A program made the position numbers and the translations under genes. Positions 12,190 through 21,603 of a DNA stretch of 40,649 nt are shown one piece after another. Numbering within the stretch: the stretch's first letter is position 1; each line of letters begins with the position of its first letter. Where the stretch lies: positions 1 to 40,649 of the forward strand of contig MCFE01000740.1 of NCBI GenBank assembly GCA_002104905.1, given 5' to 3'. The notes beneath the pieces were generated by a model. That model worked only from the letters and a program-made list of their open reading frames with translations, ran no database searches and was not told the origin of the DNA. Source of the DNA: Basidiobolus meristosporus CBS 931.73. Its lineage: Eukaryota > Fungi > Basidiobolomycota.

Positions 12190-12538
12190 TGTTGTAAAAG
12201 TTTGAATTTCCACCTAAATATTCACCTAACTTAGTCACTTAGATCATCACCTTCAAATCCTAGAGAATACTGATCAAATTCCTTGTTGGGATTTACATAG
12301 AATATTTTCACCAGAATACCAGGTACCCAGAACATGAAAATTCTCAAAGTTGTCCAAACAGCCCCAAACTTTGCACACATGTTCTTGGGACCTTCCTTAA
12401 CCTATTCTGCATGTTTGTAATGCCAATACCAGGTGAAAGTATAAGTACTACTTTTACATTCAATAAATCATTAAGTGAAAACTACATAATCTACTTGTCC
12501 TCCCAATCACTTCCAATATCTCCAAGACTCTTACAACA
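12190..12538 (+). repeat. 3' LTR of copia B
   Basis: TGTTGTAA...TTACAACA; repeat of 7858-8206. Confidence 0.94.
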
Positions 12539-12797
12539 TCATACAGTCTAAAGCCAATTTGTCTTATCTGCTTTCAAAAGAAAGTATGAGTGGCTCCTAC
12601 TCATCTGGTAGGCTGCAAAGCAGACAGCATATCTTTTCTTCATCATCTACAGCAGCATTGATACTGTAAAGCTCTTCTGCAAGTGTCTCCATTCTGGTAA
12701 TGAATTGTAGCTTATCATCATCTGGCTTCTTCCTCATGTTGTAGAACTTTTATCCTAAGTAATGCATGCTTGATACTGACTTTGCTCTAAAGATCTT

Positions 12798-12812
12798 AGA
12801 CTTGTTCCATTG
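12798..12812 (+). repeat. Left TIR of the Harbinger-like element
   Basis: AGACTTGTTCCATTG, exact reverse complement of 17283-17297. Confidence 0.9.
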
Positions 12813-12818
12813 TACCGT

Positions 12819-13897
12819 TGTAGTGGGGTCACGGTGACACCCACAGGCAGATGTGCTCATTCTTATGCGTTCACTTCCCTAAAAAGGCTTACCCCGCCTA
12901 TATTATTATCATCCCAAATTTGCAATATTTCCTATTTTTGTCTATGTGATTATTACTATGCAACCTGACAAACTATTTGTCACTATTAACCCATTGCACA
13001 AGCTATTCTTATTCCTTGCCGAGATGCCAAGATAAGAGAGTTACCTTATAAGGCAAGTACCCCAACAGTGCCCATGTCACGTGACCATCTTGGTTTCATA
13101 ATCCCCCCATCTCACTACCATAAGAGGCAACCACATGACACAGAGGTTTCATGTTACCACTACCTGATTGGCTAGGTGCTACTATGTCTCATGGAACAAT
13201 CCGCCAAGAATTTGCGCTATTTTTAGTACACAAAGACATGATTGGTTGTCTACTACCTTCTGGAAACTTCCGGAAAGTATTTTCTAGCAAGAAATTGAGC
13301 AGCAAAAAAGTATATAAGGGAGGCTATCCCTTAAAATAAATCATCCCTCTTCCAATATTCCAACTTATTGATTAGTGAGATCACCGCTACCTATTACCAC
13401 TATTTTCTGACTCAGACCTGACGATACTCCCAGGAAACCGCGCTGACAGCCAACTGACCTTGGAGGCACTACTTGTGAGGAATACTCAGAGTAGGTATAT
13501 TTTATTATATTGTTTGTTTTCCCAAGTTTGTTCTTGTACAGGCAAAGATACTTTTCAGTCTTTGTAACTATTGGTCAAAGCTGCATTCTTATCAAGTCCC
13601 TGTTGGTGGAGTTTACAGTTGTTTTGACTTTGAAAGCTTTAGTACATTGTCATCTCAAAGGACGTCGAAGCCATTATAAACTTTTGTTAAGACGCCAACT
13701 AAGTTGGGGATTGTAGTTCAATAGTTTTCCCTTGACAAGCTTGAGGCTTTATCCCCCATCACATTAGATTAGATAAAAGACCCAGTATTCCTAGCAAGCT
13801 TTTGCCAGAGGTTATCGCACCCAGTGAACACCCCACACACATTCACACTTGAGAAGTGTTGGCCGTATTTTGCCCTTTGGACTTATACACCACCACA
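12819..13897 (+). mobile_element. 1079-bp solo LTR of a family otherwise absent from the window, inserted just inside the left TIR
   Basis: TGTAGTGG...CCACCACA termini; 4-bp TSD CCGT at 12815-12818 and 13898-13901; TATATAAGGG at 13311-13320 and AATAAA at 13335-13340; no recognisable coding content. Confidence 0.78.
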
Positions 13898-14075
13898 CCG
13901 TGCCAGGGCGCGCAGCACAATCTGTGGTTGTAAAGAACAATTGGGCATGATGTAATAGCTACCAGAAGGCAGGACTGTTCTTGGACAATTTTGCACTATG
14001 TGGGACAATCTTGCACACTATGGCACAATCTGACACAATGAGATTGGCACAGATGATTGTGCCAACTTGTAATGT
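13898..14075. repeat. Left subterminal GTGCCA/TGGCAC-like repeat region of the Harbinger-like element
   Basis: Several degenerate (T)GGCAC/TGCAC/GTGCCA units followed by AAT/TAT. Confidence 0.55.
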
Positions 14076-14623
14076 TTGCATCACATGCAAGATTGGATAC
14101 CGCTATTATGGCAGGTACAATCTGGTATTTGGGTATGTTTCTTTAATGTAAATGGAAATAAATGTGTATCACACTATAAACTACACTGATACTTACCATT
14201 TTGGTTACCCTCACTCCAATTAGATGGTATCTCAGTGGTTAATTGGTCCAAGAGTATCCTGAAGCTGGCAGCCCTCAATTGGCTCATTGACTGCTAAAAA
14301 AGCTACCTGATTCACCATTAAATATCCCATTTTGCCCATTGAGCAAGTAAATCCCTGATCCTAGTGATTGGACAAGGTGTCATAGCTAGCACGCAAGCAA
14401 TTGTGTAGGTGCAAAACAAATCCAATAGCTGCACTGGTATTACAGATGACGTATATATATGCAGGGTGTTTATTTATAGGGATTCTGTCTCAAATGTGAG
14501 ACAACCTTGATATTACTTATATCAAAAATTTGATGATCACTGATTTGCAATGGCTTGATTTGGATTGCAAAAAAAATGGGTTGTTGGGATCATTACAAAT
14601 GTGAGCAATTCAAAGCAATTGCA

Positions 14624-15871
14624 TCATCTTCTCCTGGGTTTTTTTCTCACAGGGATTACTACTAAAGCATTTGGTAGTGACTCACTTTGCACACCTATGC
14701 TACTTCCTGGCTGACTATCATCTTGGCTACTTGTGTATTTGTAGTCAGTATTTTGCCTCCTAGTTGATGAGTGCAATGCTGCAGCTTGGCCGCGCTGAAT
14801 TGCTCCAACTGAACCAACTGAACCAACCTGTAGTGCCACGCGCTGACACGTTCTTTTACTTGCCAAGGGCTCCGGTGGTTGAGGCACTTCATGTTGGTCA
14901 TCATCAGTCAGTTCACCAGAAGTAACTTGCTGATGGTCAGGCAAAACAGCACATGCAGGCGCGCCTTGACATGTTGAGATGGCCCTTGGCTGAGTTTGAT
15001 GTGATGCTGCATGTTGACATGACTTGGTCCGCTCAAATGGACTTGTGTCTAAATGAGCAGTTTGGCAAGTTCTTGTAGTTTTGCTCTGAAGGGCACGCAC
15101 TGACCCAACACGCATTGACTCAATGCAGGGCATTCTGGTAAAGGGTATTGGCACGGTCTGGACTGATGTGTGCTGGCATGCTGTGGTTGCAAGAGATGGT
15201 AGGGAATCCAGCAAGGCGTGCTGGCGTAATCTGGACAATGTTGCTTGCGGTCTGTATTCTTCCTCCTGAAGCTCACCATCTGATTCCTCAAGGTATTTAC
15301 CAACCCTCTGCCTGATACTTTGGAGCTGTTGCCTGGATGAGTCCTGTGTATATTGCTCTTGGAAGCCACTTAGCTCTACTAATATATCATGTAGTACATT
15401 AGTCATTTGAGGCAAAAACTCATTTAAAATCTCTTTGGTTCCCAAAGTTGAGGAACAAACGGACGCGTCCGGCCCGTACTGTGCAAATTGCAAGCAAAAT
15501 TGTTCCTGCTTGGCTTCTTTGTCAAATCCCCTCACTCTCAGCTCATTCTTGATTTCAATACTTGTCTTGTTATATATCTTCTTACAAACATTGGCTGGCA
15601 TCTTGATGTAGAACTCATGCCACAGCTTTCTACTCAAATTCTTCCATCTTTGTCAACTCTCTGAGGTATCTAGTTCTGCTAGATTAATCAGTAGTGCCCA
15701 AATATCTGTATGAAGGCTCATCATAGACACTTGGGCCATACCAATATCATTTGGCAAGAACTCAAACAGATCTGACATTGACTTTTCCGGCCCAGACCGT
15801 GCTTGTGAGCTGGGGGATGGGTTTTGTCTGGGTTGTACTAAAGATGAGTTGAGGCTTGGTATGGCAACCAT
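14624..15871 (-). pseudogene. Myb/SANT(MADF)-like accessory gene of the Harbinger-like element, one in-frame stop
   Basis: ORFs 15653-15871 and 14624-15637 are in the same frame, separated only by TGA (15653-15655) and QRWKN. Joined they read DIWALLINLAELDTSES*QRWKNLSRKLW (MADF-like W...RWKNL). Low-complexity C-terminal half ends in the basic motif RKKPRRR. Confidence 0.62.
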
Positions 15872-16230
15872 AGCAACGGATTTGGATACTTATACAGCAG
15901 TATATTGGCATCAACCTGGTCTTATATGAAATATATATGAAAACTAATGTGATTGTTGAATTTTCCATATATTATGCATGATGCATCTTGGATTGCATTG
16001 ACACAGATCTGATCACATCAATTGCAGATTTCCTATTTGATTACAGACCTATGATTAAAGCATCAATAAAAGTACCAAGGCATTGTTTGCAGGTGATTTT
16101 TGCAACATAATGATGAGATACATAGCAATTGATGGAGATTTAACCATAATGTATTAAAAATCAGATAAATAATGCAGATTGTGCCAAATCAATTCAAACC
16201 GCCTCCATACAATCATCTACCAATTTTAAT

Positions 16231-17118
16231 ATGACTTACTCATCTGAATGGTCTTTTCTCATCAATCTCATCACTACCACTGTATTTTCTTTTGACACAC
16301 TAGAGGATAACTATTCCAAGTACTGTGGACCATCAACCCCAATCTACTCAAGGAGATCCCTTGTTAAGCGTCTTTGCTATTACAAGAACTATTGCCCTAC
16401 AAGGTTTCATCCCACCATCCATGGCAACAAAAGTCCTAGAAGCTTTCATTCCCAGCTGACAGCAATGGAGAACCACCTTGCAGAGGGTATGAATGACTTA
16501 GAGCAAGCTTGGAATACTAGGTTCAGCAGCTCCAATAGACTTCCATATCCCAGAGTGTTCAGCAACAGGTTTCATATCAGGAGTATTTTGGATACCATCC
16601 CAGTGAGGATTAACAGACCTTCTAGAGGGCAGAGGCACTTTTATTCTGGCAAGTACAAGGCACACTGTTTGAAGTTTCAAGCACTGTCTGACATTGAGGG
16701 TAACATCATCTGGTTTAGTGGGCCATTTGCTGGAAGTAGGCATGACAAAGCACTCTGGGTAGAGAATCATCCAGTATTCAGTAGAGGGGAGAAATTTATG
16801 GCAGATTTAGCCTGTGTAGGAGAGGATTGTCACAGATTAGGATGTATTACAGCTTATAGGAAGCCCAGGAATGGTGTGCTTAGCAGGAAGCAGAAGCTCT
16901 ACAATGAGATATTTAATCATCTCAGAGTGAGGGTAGAGCACACATTTGGATATCTGAAGAGATTCAGCATATTGGCAGGTACAGACAGAGGAAAGTCATA
17001 TATAGGAGAAAACAGCAGAATAGGTAAAATAGTTAAGATACTTATTAATGCACAGTATGTTCATACAAGAAGACATCCACTAGAGAAATGTGTCTGGAGC
17101 ATTATGAAGAGTAAATAA
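16231..17118 (+). CDS. DDE_Tnp_4 (Harbinger/ISL2-like, IS5 superfamily) transposase, uninterrupted 295-aa ORF
   Basis: Motifs ILDTIPVRINRP, FYSGKYKAHCLKFQ, WFSGPFAGSRHD, ADLA, AYRKP, YN..FNHLRVRVEHTFGYLKRFSIL. Catalytic D(LDT)-D(ADL)-E(RVEH) all present. The true start or an upstream exon is uncertain. Confidence 0.9.
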   Translation: MTYSSEWSFLINLITTTVFSFDTLEDNYSKYCGPSTPIYSRRSLVKRLCYYKNYCPTRFHPTIHGNKSPRSFHSQLTAMENHLAEGMNDLEQAWNTRFSSSNRLPYPRVFSNRFHIRSILDTIPVRINRPSRGQRHFYSGKYKAHCLKFQALSDIEGNIIWFSGPFAGSRHDKALWVENHPVFSRGEKFMADLACVGEDCHRLGCITAYRKPRNGVLSRKQKLYNEIFNHLRVRVEHTFGYLKRFSILAGTDRGKSYIGENSRIGKIVKILINAQYVHTRRHPLEKCVWSIMKSK

Positions 17119-17179
17119 AGCAAGGAAAGCACTATTCTGAGCAACATAAGTAAGATTGAGTAAAATTACCAGTAACTGT

Positions 17180-17282
17180 ATCGTAGCACTGGCATCATGG
17201 TAGAAATTATAGTGCCAGATAGTGCCGTAGAGTGCCAGATTGATCTGGCACCATAAACAGGCTGGCACTATGTGGCACTATC
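17180..17282. repeat. Right subterminal GTGCCA/TGGCAC repeat array
   Basis: AGTGCC three times in 17211-17236, then TGGCAC three times in 17246-17278. Confidence 0.7.
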
Positions 17283-17297
17283 CAATGGAACAAGTCT
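17283..17297 (-). repeat. Right TIR of the Harbinger-like element
   Basis: CAATGGAACAAGTCT. Confidence 0.9.
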
Positions 17298-17617
17298 TTT
17301 CTCTAAGGACTCCCATGCTGCCTTAGCAGTACTTGAAGCATAGATATGTCCAATGAAGGATTCTTGCACATTGATACATATGGCATTCAAGGCTTTTCTC
17401 TCCCTCTCTTAAAACTTTTCAACTTCTTCTGCTGTTCCTTTGGGTTCAACTTCTCTTCCTGTTACTTTATTCCAAAGCTTTCTTTCCTCAAGGTGAATTT
17501 GCATCTTAATTCATCAAAGTCTGTAGTTCTTCCCATCAAACCTCTCCTTTACATGTAAAATGTTGGTATTGTTCTGTTTGCAGGTAGAAGTCATCTTCAG
17601 AATAGATTAAGGCAATT

Positions 17618-17630
17618 GGGGCTCATAACC
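17618..17630 (-). other. Primer binding site of copia C1 (half-tRNAiMet type)
   Basis: Minus strand GGTTATGAGCCCC adjacent to the LTR end GCAACA. Confidence 0.88.
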
Positions 17631-17999
17631 TGTTGCCACTTAAGAAGTGATTTGGATATAAGGAACTTGTGAAGAAATAGTGGCAATAGTTGAACTGTTG
17701 TTTATTCATAAAGAGGCGTGGTATTTATTCCTTTGTAGGAGTGATGAAGCTGTAACACTAAATAAGAAGGGCTTCTCATCATCCAGGAGCATTCTATAAC
17801 AATCTCAGGGTTGGTACGTAATGTTTGGTTAAAGTGTTAATTTGATCTTGATTATGGGGGAATATTTATAGGTTCATAGTTCTGAAGAAATGGGCAAAGT
17901 TAGGGCTGTAGATTAGTCCTAGAGTGCCCTAGAGTAGTCTAGAATTGTTAAGAAAAGCTTTAGTTTCTGGATGATACCAGATAGTCCAATGTTTCAGCA
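17631..17999 (-). repeat. 5' LTR of copia C1 (369 bp)
   Basis: Homologous to the C2 and C3 LTRs; minus-strand start TGCTGAAACATTGGACTATCTGG matches 31875 onward. Confidence 0.88.
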
Positions 18000-18571
18000 T
18001 AGACTGTGTCAAAGTAAGACTTCCCCGTAAAGAACCCAAACATAACAATTGTAATGGACAAAAATTAGCTTTGTGAATCAGAGATCATAATCTATACAAG
18101 TTACAGTGTAATATCATTCTACTTGAGTGTGTCAACATGGTTGAAACTGATGAAAATAACTGGGAGATGTGGCATAGAAGACCAGGACACATTGAGGTAC
18201 AGAAAACGAGCCAATTGGTGAGAAATCAACTAGTTTTGGGCCAAGATTACTCAATTCCAATCAAATTGAGTGTCTGATGTAACGTTCATATGGCAAACAA
18301 GCTAGGCAATGTTTCAGGAACTTTGTGGGCACTAACACCACAGAAATATTGGCTATAGTGCACTAAGACATATGTGGGCCCATGAGAACACTGTCCTTTG
18401 GAGCCAAGAGATACTTTATGACATTTATTGATGGCAAGACAAGATATACATGGGTGTGCTTCCTCAAGACAAATGTTGAGGCTATAGAGATGCTTGAGCA
18501 CTTCAGGAAAATGGCAGAAGCACAAACTAGGTGTAAATCAAAGGTACTTTGAAGCAACAATGAAGGGGATA
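18000..18571 (+). pseudogene. Oldest family-C fragment C0, left part (gag stub, GAG-pre-IN, integrase start)
   Basis: WEMWHRR.GH, IVH*DICGPM, FIDGKTRYTWV, KVL*SNNEG; homologous to 28830-29320. Confidence 0.8.
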
Positions 18572-18614
18572 TGTTGAAATTTTTAACTAACTGATATCAT
18601 TCAGCAGCTAAGTA

Positions 18615-19197
18615 TGCTACAAGTCTTGGTATAAGAGTTGTAGATCAATAGGGAGTTTAGCCAGTATTGTATTCACTAAAACTGGAACTGATTTTTATTG
18701 AGGTTCCAGCAGCACCTTGTATACATTTTGCCAGATCAATTCCTGACTAAATGTATTTCCCAATGTAGGCTGTGGCTGATGACTCATTTGATTGCATCAC
18801 CATCACCCAATAAGATTCTACTCAATATATCTATTTCTGTCTGATAAGGATCTGCTGACTCATCTGCTGACTAATGCTACTGATTTGATAGATAATACTG
18901 ATATACTGATAGGCTAAATATAGACCTAATTACACTTGTTCCATCATTCCAGCAGATCACAGTGCCTAATAGTGCCATAGCATGCCAGATGGTGCCTGAT
19001 CATGCCACACAGTGCCAGATGGTGCCATACAGTGCCAATTTGGGATCAAAATTGACATGCATATGACCCTAAAATATCAAATTAATAACAAAATATACAG
19101 CACTTTCTGGCACTATGATCAATGGCACAATGGAACAAGTCTATTGATTTGACTAAGAACTGATCTAACTTAAACATTCAGGCAGTAGATCATAACA
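18615..19197 (-). repeat. 3' LTR of G1 (contains the MITE)
   Basis: TGCTACAAGTC...GATCATAACA; about 369 bp once the 211-bp insert and its TSD are removed. Confidence 0.9.
18932..19142. mobile_element. 211-bp MITE related to the Harbinger-like element
   Basis: TIRs ACACTTGTTCCAT / ATGGAACAAGTCT (12 of 13 match the long element's TIR). Perfect 3-bp TSD ATT (18929-18931 / 19143-19145). Internal GTGCCA repeats. Absent from all other G LTRs. Confidence 0.9.
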
Positions 19198-19207
19198 TTC
19201 TCCCTCA

Positions 19208-21280
19208 CTAAAGTTATGAGGGTTCTTCTGAATTTCATATCTTGTGATACCAATATCCTGATGGTTCAATATTATCAGCAAGTCTTGTAAGCTTGAGTCT
19301 GTCTCTATGCACTAAGTCTTCCTGGATATTGCCTTGTTTGTCCACTAGTTGGTAAGTTGCAAATGGACATTGTCTGATGATCTTGAATGGTCCTGTCATT
19401 GTGGCTCAAACTTCTTCCAAGTGTTGTTTCTTAGCAATACAAAGTTCCCAACTGTAAATGCTTCTGGTGCTATAGTCTTGTCAAACCTCTGCTTAATTGC
19501 TTCTGCACTTTGAGATACTTAGGTCTGTGCCTCTTGACATCTTTGTTCCAGCTGCTTGTGTCTACCTGGCTGACTGAGTTCATCTTCTAAGATGTTTGTA
19601 AGCTTTGGTTCTGTGAGATCTCCTGGAATCCTTGGTTCAATCCATACACTAAGTAAATGGCAATTGTTGGGTGGTGTTGAGTATTCTGACTCTGCATGCA
19701 AAGAGTGCTTGGTCCATATACTCATCCCATCTACTGACAACTCCATTGGCATACTTGGTCAGCATTTTTCCAAATAATCCATTAAACTGTTCAGCAGCAC
19801 CATTTGTTCATTTCCAGGTAAGCTTCTAATGTCTTTGCCATAGAGTTTGTACCTCTATCTGATAGAGTCTCTACAGCACATCCAAACTTCAACAAGATCT
19901 CATGGTAGATGAAACTTGCAACTTCTTGCTCACTGGCTATAGTCACAGCTTTAGCAACTGGCCATTTGGCAGCATGGTCAGTTGCTACTAGGATCCAATG
20001 GTTGCATCACCTGGTGGTTGGAATTCTTCAAATAAAGTCAATTCCCAATCTTTCAAATGAGCTTACAGGCTCCAAGGGAAAGAGTTCAGCAATCCGCTGT
20101 GATTGGCCTTGGTTGATATGGCAATTTGGGCATGTTTTCACTAGCTTCTCAATGTCATGTTTCATTCTGGGCCACCATGCTCTGGCTTTCACAAGACTAT
20201 AGGTTCCTTCAACTCCAAGATGTCCATATCCCTTGTGTAGCTTATGTATTAAATCCATGCAAGCAACATGAGGGCAATAGGCAATAGGGCTTCCATCAAC
20301 AACTTGGTAGAGTGTTTCATCCTGTACTACAAATTTGTTGGCTTCATCCCAGATTACCTTCTTGATATCTTCATCCACCTCATTAGGAATGACTTGGTCC
20401 TCCAAGTACTTTGGAAATAGGCTAGGCCAATCTGATTCATGCACCAAGCTGAGTTGCACAACTTGTTCTAATCTTGATAAGGCATCAGCAACTGGGTTGT
20501 TTTTTCCAGGGCAGTAGACAATCTCTTATTCAAGCTGCTGAATGTATTCACCCCATCCTGTAATTCCTCTAGAGAGTACCTTCTGAGTAAATATTTACTT
20601 GAGGGAGGCATGATCAGTTTTCACAGTGCATTTGACTCCTTCAATGTAGCATCTCCATGTCTTCAAGCAGTGTATTGTAGCAAGCATCTCCTTCTCATGC
20701 ACAGGATAGTTTTGTTCTGCTAAGTTCAATTTCTTAGATCCAAAAGCAACTGGGTAGTCCTTTCCCTAGTGTTTTTGGCTCAGCACTCCACCAATTGCAT
20801 AGCCTGAAGCATCTGTGCACAGAGTAAACTCTTTTCTGAAGTCTGGGATTTTTATGCTTGGTAGCTTAGCAAGTTCATTCTTGAGCATTTGAACGTCAGT
20901 CTCACAAGCTATGTTCCACTTGTAGGAATTGTCTTTCTTGAGGATATTAGTTTACAGGGCTGCAATACTTGCAAAGGACTTGAAAAATCTCCAATAATAA
21001 GAGACCATTCCAAGGAATGATCTGAGTTCTGCTAAGCAATGGGGCTTCTTCAGATTCTTAATAACTTCAATCTTCTTAGCATTGAGGTTACTCCTGTGTT
21101 AGTCACTATGTGTCCCAGATATTCAACATGTTCCTCGAAGAATTCACACTTGGGTAGCTTGCCATAGTGCTTGTTGTCTCTTAGCTTCTTCAAGACCTTT
21201 TTAATGTGCACCAAGTATCCTCTTCTGTCTTGCTGTATATTAATATATCATCTAGGTAGATTATCAGAAACTTATCTAAG
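19208..21280 (-). pseudogene. G1 pol 3' part (RT end, RNase H, integrase)
   Basis: [56 protein letters not shown]; many stops and deletions. Confidence 0.9.
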
Positions 21281-21603
21281 TGTTATGATCTGCCACTAGA
21301 ATATTTAAGTTAGATCAGTTTTTAGTCAAATCAACTAGTTATTTGTTTAGGTTATCAGTATATCAGTATTATGCAGCAAATCAGTAACAATAGTCAGCAA
21401 ATGAATCAGCAGATCCTTATCAGACAGAAATCGATATATTAGGTAGGATCTTATTGGATGATGATGATGCAATCAAATGAGTCATCAGCCACAGCCTACA
21501 TTAGGAAATACAGTTAGTCAGCAATTGATCTGACAAAATGTATATAAGGAGCTGCTGGAATCTCAATAAAGATCAGTCAAGTACTGGTGAATACAATACT
21601 AGA

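Larger units (their letters stand above)
7858..12538 (+). mobile_element. Ty1/copia element B (family A/B), full-length 4681 bp, nested in C1 gag
   Basis: 349-bp LTRs at 7858-8206 and 12190-12538, PBS and PPT present. 5-bp TSD TGATA (7853-7857) / TCATA (12539-12543); removing one copy restores the host gag alignment with 28210-28240. Confidence 0.96.
12798..17297. mobile_element. PIF/Harbinger-like (PHIS superfamily) two-gene DNA transposon inserted in C1 gag
   Basis: Perfect 15-bp TIRs AGACTTGTTCCATTG (12798-12812) and CAATGGAACAAGTCT (17283-17297). 3-bp TSD CTT/TTT; removing it restores host gag AWESLEKIFRAK. Contains a DDE_Tnp_4-type transposase and a divergent Myb/SANT-like ORF; subterminal GTGCCA repeats. 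Confidence 0.88.
6374..17999 (-). mobile_element. Ty1/copia element C1 (family C), 3'-truncated, interrupted by copia B and the Harbinger-like element
   Basis: 5' LTR 17631-17999 and PBS 17618-17630. gag lies in three pieces (17600-17298, 12797-12539, 7857 downward) that rejoin colinearly with C2 once the TSDs are removed. CKHCKKPGHWARKC knuckle near 7700; integrase KVLQSDNGGEYC in ORF 6635-6919. Confidence 0.9.

Noticed and set aside
16231-17118. Bacterial IS5/ISL2 insertion or contamination
   Set aside because: It lies in a 4.5-kb TIR unit with a Myb-like, NLS-bearing partner and a cognate MITE, nested among eukaryotic LTR elements, and is CpG-depleted like them.
17180-19142. GTGCCA arrays or LTR repeats as a CRISPR or satellite array
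   Set aside because: Units are 6 bp, irregularly spaced, change orientation, and are confined to transposon ends; no repeat-spacer structure or cas genes.
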